DNA of 52,699 bases from Thermoanaerobaculia bacterium (GTDB lineage Bacteria; Acidobacteriota; Thermoanaerobaculia; Multivoradales; UBA5704), in NCBI GenBank assembly GCA_044226625.1, contig JBGAGQ010000043.1, positions 1 through 52,699 of the forward strand, read 5' to 3'. This document shows, one piece after another, positions 1 through 7,628 of the stretch. The first letter of the stretch is position 1. Every line of letters starts with the position of its first letter. The translations under genes were made by a program, and so were the position numbers. Under the pieces are notes generated by a model, which saw only the letters and a program-made list of their open reading frames with translations, was not told the DNA's origin and did not search any database.

Positions 1-47
1 CCGACACGAAGATCCCCAGCCGCCCCCACCGGCAGCGACCGGACCGC

Positions 48-950
48 TCAAGACCGCCAAAAAGCGATCAGCATCGCGCAGCCGATGACGGCATAGAGCG
101 CGCGATAGCGCGTCTGCAAACGGTGGATGCTCGCGTAGCCGAGGCCCTCCCGCTGGGCCCGATGGGCCCAGCGCAAGTGCAGCGGAGAGAGCGCGGCGAG
201 CGCCGCCAGCGGCAGAGGAAGAAAGCCGCTGAACGCGAGGACGGGCAGCAGCGCATAGGCCACCGCGAAGAGCGCCAGGCTCGCCCCAAAGGTGCGACGC
301 GGCCCGAAGCGGGCGGCATGCGTCCGGACTCCGTTCAGCACGTCGCCCTCATGGTCGCGGACCTCCTGGGTCAGATGGCCGGCAGCAAAGGTGATTCCGA
401 AGAAGGCGCCCACAGCGAGGCCGCGGAGGTCCAAACTTCCCGCCAGCGAAGCTCCGAGCAGGAAATGGAGGGTGCCCCCCGCCAGGTGAGCCGCCGAGGA
501 GAAGAAGGGCTTGCCCTTCCAATCCAGACGAGGCAGGGAGTAGAACGCGCTCAGCGCGGCAATGCCCGCGGCGAGGCCGAGCGGGAGCGCCCCCAGGCGG
601 CTCATCAACACGAGGCTCAGAGTCAGGGCAACTAGGGCCAGCAGGCCGATCTCGTTCGAGGCGACGCCACGGGCAGTGAAAACCGCCGAGGCTTTGTGGG
701 GATCAACGAGGTCCTTGGTCTCCCCGGCCCAATCGTTGAGCAGGAACACGTGCGCCACCAGCAGGAAGTTGGCGACGAGGAGCAGGACGAGCGATTCGAG
801 ATGGGCTTCCGTCGCGCGCCCTAGAACGAGCACGGCGCCGAGCAGCGGCGAGCCCTGGAGGACGAGGATCTCCGGCAACCGAAGGCAGGAGAGATAACGC
901 GCCGCCGAGGCTCTAGCGGAGGCCGGGGCGGCGAGCGTGCGAAAACTCAT
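48..950 (-). CDS. UbiA-family prenyltransferase (integral membrane)
   Basis: 300 aa, about 8-9 hydrophobic segments. Asp-rich motif I-like NDWAGETKDLVDPHK (second Asp replaced by Gly) and motif II QEVRDHEGDVLNGVRTHAARFG. Start overlaps the end of the upstream CDS by 38 nt. Confidence 0.85.
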   Translation of the reverse strand: MSFRTLAAPASARASAARYLSCLRLPEILVLQGSPLLGAVLVLGRATEAHLESLVLLLVANFLLVAHVFLLNDWAGETKDLVDPHKASAVFTARGVASNEIGLLALVALTLSLVLMSRLGALPLGLAAGIAALSAFYSLPRLDWKGKPFFSSAAHLAGGTLHFLLGASLAGSLDLRGLAVGAFFGITFAAGHLTQEVRDHEGDVLNGVRTHAARFGPRRTFGASLALFAVAYALLPVLAFSGFLPLPLAALAALSPLHLRWAHRAQREGLGYASIHRLQTRYRALYAVIGCAMLIAFWRS

Positions 951-3609
951 CGAAAATCCTCAACCAGAGGGCGTACCCGACGTCCTCCGACCAATAAAAG
1001 CGGGACACGGTGGCCGACAGGTCGTTGTGATAGAGCAGCGGCGGATCCTTCCTCAATATTGCGAAATCGTCGGCGGCGAGCCGGCTGAGCACCGATTCGG
1101 CATCCGACCTGAGGCCCTGGGATTTCTTTTCCTGCGCGCCTCCGAGGCGTTGGGCGACGGTCGTCCAGACCTCCTGTCCCGCCACGGTCGACCGCACCCT
1201 CGCCGACGGCAGCTCGATGTTGCAGCCGACGCGCTCGAGGTCCGCCTGGCGCAAGGTCGGAACGAGCGGAGCCTTACCGTAATAGACCCAGATTCGATCC
1301 TGATCGATCGCCGGCCGGAGCGCCGCGCAGAGCGCCCGTGCCGCCGCCGGCCGTTCCTTGGCGAACAGCAGCATCAAGTGCATCTGGATCGCGACGTCGG
1401 CTGGATTCGGGTCGCTTCCAGGATCGAGGCACTGGTATCTCTCTCGCGGCGCGAGCCAGGTTCGGTAGAGCCCCTCGGACGTGCGGTACTCCTCCAGGGT
1501 CGCAAGCGCGGTTTCGAGCCGCCGGCGGTCGCGGGCGGGAGCGAGCCGCCAGACGAGCGCCGTATCGTCGCTGTCGGGAGTGATCGAACATCCGAGTGTA
1601 CCGATCCCGGGACCGTCCGGCAGGCCGTGGTAACGCACCAGGCCGTCCGCCTCGATCTGGGCGGTCAGGTGCGCTCGCGCGCGATCCAGGTTGGATTCGA
1701 GGCCCGCTCGCGCGGCGACCGGTTCGAGCAATTCCACCAGCAGCGAGGTAGTGAACGTGTTCATCTCCGGACGCGGCGTCTCGTAGCGCGTCTCGCTGGT
1801 GTAGCTGGTGAGCCAGGAGCCGGGCCCTTGCTGATGCTCTCGGATGCGCCCAGCGGCCGCCTTCGCCGCCGCATCGAGGTCGACGCCTCCGGGAGCACTT
1901 CCCCCTGGGGCGCGCGAGGCGTCAGCCTCCTTCACAACCACTGTCCGCTCGCCGAGGTACCTCCCCTCCCCCCTCTCGGTCGCCCAGGCGAAGGCCGTGA
2001 GGCGGTGCTCACCGGGTACGAGGTCGCCCGTCCGGAGAGGGATGCGCCAACCCGCGGACGCCGTCTCGCCGACCGCCTCGCGCACGTCCTGGCGGTCGTA
2101 GAACAGGCGGGAAGCCACCGTGCGGTGGCCGTCGATCGAGACCGCCACCCGGTCCGCCGTCGCGCGACCGGCGAGCGCCCAGCCGACGGCGACCACGGGC
2201 TCGCCCACCTCTATGGTGGAAACCGGAAGGCCGTCGACCTCGAGGGAGTCGAAGCTCCCTTGCATCTCGATCCCAAGATCCGTCGGCGCCGGCCCGTGGC
2301 GCAAAGCGGCGGCGTACGGGGCGTTCCGCCAAGTCCACGCGGAAGCGGCGGAGGCCACCGGACCGTCGATCGCGCTCACGAACCAGAACGCACCGATCCC
2401 TTGAAGCCCCACGGCAGCGCCGACCCCGAGGCCGAACACGCCGCGGCCCAGCGTTCGGAACGACGCGACGACCGGCGCAAGCATCCAGACGAGCAGCGGC
2501 AGCAGGTCGGTCATATAGCGCGGTCCCCAGTAGATGCCGTTCCGCCAATCGGTCTTCGCGTACATCAGGAGCTGGAGCACGGCCGCGATCCCGATCGCCC
2601 AGCCGAGCCCGCGCTCCATCGGCGGATACCTCCAGACCCAGGCGAGGAGCAGCAGGAACGGGGAGAACACGAACAGCCCTCGCCCCGGGCTGAACAGTAA
2701 GCCGCCGAGACCGGAGAGGAGATCGTGGTCGAAGAAAGCGGCACGCCCCATCCGTCCGTAAGCACCCGCGAAATTACCGGCCATACGGAGGTTATAGAAC
2801 AGCACCAGCCCGACGGGAAGGGCAGCGGCCGCCGCCAGCCACGGCCACCGGCGGCCGGCCCAGACGAGAGCGTACGCTCCCAGAGCGGCCGCGATAATCG
2901 CGTCGGGAGGCCGGTTCCCGGCGAGGAGCCCCAGCAGGAACCCGACCGCCACGGTCCGCCATGGGCTCGACGGAGCGGTCAGGAGGAAGAGGGCGCCGAC
3001 ACCCAGCAGCTCGGCCAGCCCGTGCTGCCAGAGCGCCTGGCTCGAGATCATCCAGGTCGTGGTGCCGAATGCGTACGCGCACGTGAGCGCAAGAGCGATT
3101 TCCGTCGTGACCCGCCGCCGCAGAAGAAGAAAGAGGAACGCCGCGGACAGCGCCGCGACGAGCGATGCCGCGAGCTTTTCCATCACCCGCGCCACGTGGT
3201 CCAGCCGCGCGTCCGTCCAGCCTTTGAGGTGTAGGTACGCGACCGCGGGAAGGTAGAGCGGGGCGAGTAGCATCGGCTGCACTACCGGATAGAGCGACAG
3301 CGTGGGTCCGCCCGGAACCGCCACCATCCAGAACGCCGTGCTGCCCCGCCCCTGCGCGACGATCGGCGCGATCGGATCGAGCGCGAGCGTGTGGTACCGC
3401 CAGATCGCGAACGGCAGATACCGCGCCGGATAGGTGTCGCCCGCCCCGATCGATCGTCCGTTGGCGTTGTAGATGCCGAAGCAGAGGAGACCTACCAGAA
3501 GGCTCGCGCAAAGATCGCGGCGGGCGGGCTTCCCAGGAGCCGAGGGCGGCGCGGACGTCGGCGCAGTGGTCCGCGCGATCCGCTCTCGGCCGCTGGGAGC
3601 TTCACGCAT
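913..3609 (-). CDS. Fusion protein: GT-C-like multi-TM glycosyltransferase + Ig-like domain + class II terpene cyclase/(alpha/alpha)6-like C-terminal domain
   Basis: The N-terminal ~420 aa are polytopic, with GDT in the first loop, GTTTWMISSQALWQHG, NRP, LFSPGRGLF and WGPRYMTDLLP (GT-C/PMT-like). Middle beta-sandwich GWAL...IDG...RQDV...GW...GEHRL. C-terminal region has QW-like QQGPGSW and PDSDDTA (nt 1578-1558). ATGCGTGA overlap with the upstream gene. Confidence 0.75.
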   Translation of the reverse strand: MREAPSGRERIARTTAPTSAPPSAPGKPARRDLCASLLVGLLCFGIYNANGRSIGAGDTYPARYLPFAIWRYHTLALDPIAPIVAQGRGSTAFWMVAVPGGPTLSLYPVVQPMLLAPLYLPAVAYLHLKGWTDARLDHVARVMEKLAASLVAALSAAFLFLLLRRRVTTEIALALTCAYAFGTTTWMISSQALWQHGLAELLGVGALFLLTAPSSPWRTVAVGFLLGLLAGNRPPDAIIAAALGAYALVWAGRRWPWLAAAAALPVGLVLFYNLRMAGNFAGAYGRMGRAAFFDHDLLSGLGGLLFSPGRGLFVFSPFLLLLAWVWRYPPMERGLGWAIGIAAVLQLLMYAKTDWRNGIYWGPRYMTDLLPLLVWMLAPVVASFRTLGRGVFGLGVGAAVGLQGIGAFWFVSAIDGPVASAASAWTWRNAPYAAALRHGPAPTDLGIEMQGSFDSLEVDGLPVSTIEVGEPVVAVGWALAGRATADRVAVSIDGHRTVASRLFYDRQDVREAVGETASAGWRIPLRTGDLVPGEHRLTAFAWATERGEGRYLGERTVVVKEADASRAPGGSAPGGVDLDAAAKAAAGRIREHQQGPGSWLTSYTSETRYETPRPEMNTFTTSLLVELLEPVAARAGLESNLDRARAHLTAQIEADGLVRYHGLPDGPGIGTLGCSITPDSDDTALVWRLAPARDRRRLETALATLEEYRTSEGLYRTWLAPRERYQCLDPGSDPNPADVAIQMHLMLLFAKERPAAARALCAALRPAIDQDRIWVYYGKAPLVPTLRQADLERVGCNIELPSARVRSTVAGQEVWTTVAQRLGGAQEKKSQGLRSDAESVLSRLAADDFAILRKDPPLLYHNDLSATVSRFYWSEDVGYALWLRIFDEFSHARRPGLR

Positions 3610-4543
3610 GGCCCCGAAGATATTTCATCCCGGTGTCGCACATCAGCGTGACGATCGTCGCCCCCGGGCCGAGATCCTCGGCGACCCTCAGGGCGGCGAC
3701 GACGTTCGCGCCCGTCGAGGTTCCGGCGAAAATCCCTTCCTCGCGCGCGAGGCGGCGGGTCATCTCGACCGCATCTTCGGTCGAGACCGGTTCGATTCGA
3801 TCGGCGACGCCCTCGCGCCAGAGCGGCACCACGAACCCGGCGCCGATGCCGTCGATCTTGTGCGCGCCCGGCGGCTTGCCCGAAAGGACGGCCGACTCGG
3901 CGGGCTCGACGGCGACGACGCGAAGCCCTTCCCGGTGGCGCCGCAACCCTTCCGCCGTCCCCCGCAGCGAGGCCGCGGTGCCGACGCTCTGCACGTAGGC
4001 GTCGATCTCCCCGCCGGTCTGCGCCCAGATCTCCTCGGCCATCTCGTCGTAAGCGCGGAGCTGGTCTGCGTTGCTCAGCTGGTTCGTCCAGAAGCCCTCC
4101 GTCTCCTCGGTGATCCGCCGCGCCGCCTCGACCATGTCGCGCGTGAGCCTCTCGGTCATCCCGCCGCTCTCGCTCTCCAATACCTGAAGTTTCGCGCCGA
4201 ACCGCCTCATGTGGTCGAGCTTCTCCCCGGCGAACGCGTCGGAGGTCACGATGTGGAGCGTGTATCCCTTGACCGCGCAGATCATCGCGAGTGAAACCCC
4301 GGTGCTTCCAGCGGTGTATTCGACCACCGAGCCCCCCGGCCGGAGACGCCCGTCCGCCTCCGCCGCCTCGATCATCGCGAGCGCCATCCGGTCCTTCATG
4401 CTGCCGGTTGGATTCTCGTCTTCGAGCTTTAAGAGGATGCGCGGACCGCTGGCCGGCACCACACGACGCAAGGCCACCACGGACGTCTTGCCGATGCGAT
4501 TCAAGATGTCCGGCCGAATGGGTCCCCAACCCGTGCTCATCAC
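3602..4543 (-). CDS. PLP-dependent cysteine synthase/CBS-family enzyme (divergent substrate loop)
   Basis: KLEDENPTGSMKDR (PLP lysine), VEYTAGSTG in place of TSGNTG, SVGTAAS in place of GTGGT, HKIDGIG, EGIFAGTSTG, CDTGMKYL. Start is GTG 4543 or ATG 4540. Confidence 0.9.
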   Translation of the reverse strand: MMSTGWGPIRPDILNRIGKTSVVALRRVVPASGPRILLKLEDENPTGSMKDRMALAMIEAAEADGRLRPGGSVVEYTAGSTGVSLAMICAVKGYTLHIVTSDAFAGEKLDHMRRFGAKLQVLESESGGMTERLTRDMVEAARRITEETEGFWTNQLSNADQLRAYDEMAEEIWAQTGGEIDAYVQSVGTAASLRGTAEGLRRHREGLRVVAVEPAESAVLSGKPPGAHKIDGIGAGFVVPLWREGVADRIEPVSTEDAVEMTRRLAREEGIFAGTSTGANVVAALRVAEDLGPGATIVTLMCDTGMKYLRGHA

Positions 4544-4674
4544 GATCTCCCGCGGAAGGTTTGTTTCGTCCTGAGGGGCCTTAACCGGTGCGAGGGGAGG
4601 AGAAATTGCAGCGTGACGCCCCGCGATGGAACGTGCTAGGAATGGTGCCTCGAAAGACTTACGAGAGAACCCAA

Positions 4675-5211
4675 ATGCCCTCGTTCCGCGAAGGTTGGCT
4701 CCGCGCCCGGAGCGCGTTTCTCATCGTCTTCCTCTCCATGGTCGGCTGCGGGGCGCTCTTCATCGGCCTCGAGCTCGCAGGGATGGACGACTGCCGTCAG
4801 TTTCCGGGGGTGCTCGGGCGCGACGCGTGCGAGCGGTTCGGGTCGATCGCCGCTGCGGCGCCGTGGATCCTGCTCGGGGCGGCCTGCATCGTCTTCCTGT
4901 TCAAGGGCTCTCGGTGGCTCAAGGAACCGCCCACACCACCCACGCCTCCCTTGACTCCGCGGTCGCGACGAATCACCAAGATCATTCTCCTTCTGATCGG
5001 CCTCTGGATGATCGTCGACGGCGGTTTGCTCGTCACCCGGGTCGAGCCCTGCTCCGACCTGAAGATCGGAGCGGGTCAATACAAGGCCGCGGGAGACGGG
5101 CTCGCGAAGCTCTGTGAGTGGCTGGGACCGTGGGTCCCTGGCTTGTTCTTCATCGGCTTCGGTGGGCTGATCTTGTTCGGTCTCTACAAAGGAATGCTCG
5201 ACGGCGAGTGA
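4675..5211 (+). CDS. Hypothetical 4-TM membrane protein with two Cys-bridged loops
   Basis: Four hydrophobic helices arranged as two TM-(C...CExxG)-TM halves joined by a Pro/Arg-rich linker. ATG 4675 chosen over GTG 4588. Confidence 0.65.
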   Translation: MPSFREGWLRARSAFLIVFLSMVGCGALFIGLELAGMDDCRQFPGVLGRDACERFGSIAAAAPWILLGAACIVFLFKGSRWLKEPPTPPTPPLTPRSRRITKIILLLIGLWMIVDGGLLVTRVEPCSDLKIGAGQYKAAGDGLAKLCEWLGPWVPGLFFIGFGGLILFGLYKGMLDGE

Positions 5212-5308
5212 GCCGGCGGGCCGGTCACACGGCCGTTCGGCGGACGGAGCCTCTGAGATCACACTCCCGGGCTTCACGGAACGAGAGAGAAATGCTACTC
5301 GCCGGGTC

Positions 5309-5872
5309 TCAGCGATTCACCTCCACCCCCAGGCGCCGCAGCTCTTCGACGACGCGGCGGCTGCGCTCTTCGAGGCTTCGGCGTTCCTCCGGGCTCGCGA
5401 AGATCCAGGCTCCAGCGAGCCGGGCGGCCTCTTCGCTAAGGCGGCGGATTTCCGGTGAGTCGGGAGGGAGGGTGCGGCGCCGCTCGGCCGCAAGCCGGTC
5501 GAAGCGCTCTTTTCGTTCGACGGAGAGCGCTTGGGCGGCGAGACCGGCGCGCAGACGGGCGATTTCGAGATCATCGTAGCGGGCAGCCCGGGAGGCTTCG
5601 GCGGCACGACGCGCGTCGGCGGTCGCTCGGCGGCGGGCCGGGACGAGCGCATCCTGGAGCGAACGAGCCGTGACCTTGCGGCCCCGAACGATGAAGACGT
5701 CGGTGGGAGCGGCCCGCTCGACCCGGCGAATCGCCTCCTTTTCTGGGAGGCGATCGAGCACGACCGGGCGGGAATCGGCGCGACCAGCCGGAGTAACGAG
5801 AAGGAAGCTGGCGGCGAGCCCCAGCGGGAGCAGCGACCGTACGATGCGGCGTTTCCGGGTGTTGCGGTCCAT
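5309..5872 (-). CDS. Hypothetical exported helical protein
   Basis: ATG 5872 preceded by GGAGA. Basic N-terminus and hydrophobic signal peptide (MDRNTRKRRIVRSLLPLGLAASFLLVTPAGRA); the rest is Arg/Glu/Ala-rich and helical. The longer ORF from 6259 overlaps the upstream gene. Confidence 0.65.
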   Translation of the reverse strand: MDRNTRKRRIVRSLLPLGLAASFLLVTPAGRADSRPVVLDRLPEKEAIRRVERAAPTDVFIVRGRKVTARSLQDALVPARRRATADARRAAEASRAARYDDLEIARLRAGLAAQALSVERKERFDRLAAERRRTLPPDSPEIRRLSEEAARLAGAWIFASPEERRSLEERSRRVVEELRRLGVEVNR

Positions 5873-5937
5873 GGCGTTCTCCAGTCGGCCCAGCGTTCGG
5901 GGCGGATGGCAGGGCGAAGCGTCCATCGATCTGGCGC

Positions 5938-7476
5938 TCATTGGAACGGCACTCCGCGCGGCCCTTCGATCACCAGCTCGACGGTGTAATCGATCGTCTT
6001 GCAACCGTCGACGTGCCAGGAGACGTCGCCCGAGATGGCGCTCGCTCCCAGCGTGAAGCCGGGGGTTCCGGTGATCTGGCCGGAGCCGTAGGGCTGGTGG
6101 ACGCCGACCGCCGCGAGCTTCCAGCCGTTCGCGAGGCTCGCCGTGTAGTGGTCGGTTCCGCTGCCGCCGCCCAGGGCGCAGATGCCGAAAAAGCCCAAGA
6201 TCGGAATCGATTGGTGCCACCCCTCGATCGAGGTCGTCGGCGCGCCGGAGAACTCGCATCCGTCGATCTTGTCATTGCACCAGTTGCATGAGACTTCGTT
6301 CGCGCACGACGCCGAAACCGCGGAGGGTGGCAACGTCTGAAAGTCGATCGCGGGCGAAAAGACCACCGGATAGAGGTTGCTCTGCTTGCCGTCCGCTCGA
6401 GTCGCCCGGAAGAACCCCGTCTGCGCCATGGCACCCGACGCGTCGAGGGGGATTCGGGCGAGGATGAACTCCTTCGTCCAAGCGCCCGAAGAGGGGCCGA
6501 TCTCCAAGGGAATCAGCAGCTCCCCACCCGTCGGATTCTTGAGCAGGAATTCCAACTTTCCCTTCCCGGAACCGGCGAAGACGAAGTCCTTGCCATCGAT
6601 GACCAGCCAATCGCCCGGGGCGACCCCTCCGACATAGTCGACGCTCACGATTTTCGGCGGCCCGGTGTTGACGAGTTCGATGATCGCGGCGCAGATGCCG
6701 GGGTTTACGTCACAACAGTCGAAGATTTTCTCGCAGACTTTGAACAGGGGGAGGAAGAAGGGGCAGGCTGTATCTGCTACCTCGATCTGGCTGGTCACCG
6801 TGCCGCCGCAGCCGGTCGCCTTCAACGGGAACTTACCTTTGGGGTAGGAATGGAGGATCCCGGCTTCCGTCGGCGAAAGCGTCGCCTTCGTCCCGTCGCC
6901 GAAATCGAGCTCGATCGAGCAGTTTCCCTCGCGCAGGACGAAGATCTTTTCGAGCGAGGTCGGAGTCGCCAGCGGATACCACGGGACGATGCCGGAGATC
7001 GAGCCCACCGCCGGAGCGTCCTTCACCTTGACGGAGAAGGGGCCGCCGAGATTCGCCTTGTCGACCGTCGAAAACCAGGTGACCCCCTCCTGCACCATGT
7101 CGAGGGTGAGGACGTAGTCGCCCGCCTCGTCCGGTGCTTGGATGACCATCGAGACCTTCGCCGAATCCCCTTTCTTCATCGTCTTCGGCACCGGCGTGCG
7201 CTGTCCTTCGAGGTTGGGCCCTTCGCTCACGCCGTTCAGCGACCAGTGATAGAAGAGATTGAACTTGGTGTCCGCCGCGCAGTCGTCACGCGTCCAAGGG
7301 TTGTCGCCGGTGTTCTGGATCACGACATCGAGGGCCAACACCTGGCCGACGGTGACCGCCGAGGGAGGGGTCGCCGTGAAAGTCACGCCATAGCCTGCCG
7401 CTCGCGCGCCCGCCGAGCAGAAGACCAGGGCTACGAACGCGCACAGGCGCCGCAATCTGCCCGATCTCTTACGCAT
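5938..7476 (-). CDS. Secreted Cys-rich multidomain protein (NBR1-type Ig-like, PKD-like, IPT/TIG-like domains)
   Basis: Signal peptide ending AGARA. IQNTGDNPW...YHW...APDEAGDYVLTLDMVQEGVTWF (NBR1-Ig-like). ELDFGDGT...HSY (PKD-like). PKIVSVD...GDWLVIDGKDF (IPT-like). Two Cys clusters. Confidence 0.75.
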   Translation of the reverse strand: MRKRSGRLRRLCAFVALVFCSAGARAAGYGVTFTATPPSAVTVGQVLALDVVIQNTGDNPWTRDDCAADTKFNLFYHWSLNGVSEGPNLEGQRTPVPKTMKKGDSAKVSMVIQAPDEAGDYVLTLDMVQEGVTWFSTVDKANLGGPFSVKVKDAPAVGSISGIVPWYPLATPTSLEKIFVLREGNCSIELDFGDGTKATLSPTEAGILHSYPKGKFPLKATGCGGTVTSQIEVADTACPFFLPLFKVCEKIFDCCDVNPGICAAIIELVNTGPPKIVSVDYVGGVAPGDWLVIDGKDFVFAGSGKGKLEFLLKNPTGGELLIPLEIGPSSGAWTKEFILARIPLDASGAMAQTGFFRATRADGKQSNLYPVVFSPAIDFQTLPPSAVSASCANEVSCNWCNDKIDGCEFSGAPTTSIEGWHQSIPILGFFGICALGGGSGTDHYTASLANGWKLAAVGVHQPYGSGQITGTPGFTLGASAISGDVSWHVDGCKTIDYTVELVIEGPRGVPFQ

Positions 7477-7628
7477 GGGATGTCCTCAGGAATATGCCGG
7501 TTTCCCAGGTTGGGCCGCAGGCCCATCCGATTCGTTACGCGGTTGCGAGCGGTGAGCGGGTTCGACTAACCTAGCCTCGGCTCCACGCCGACAAGCCTCG
7601 GACCGCTCGAAGGTCAGGAGATTCCCTC

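Noticed and set aside
7477-7628. Possible riboswitch or ncRNA between the secreted protein gene and pepT
   Set aside because: Only a short GC hairpin (GGGCCGCAGGCCC) is visible, with no recognisable aptamer consensus. An Rfam/Infernal scan would be needed.
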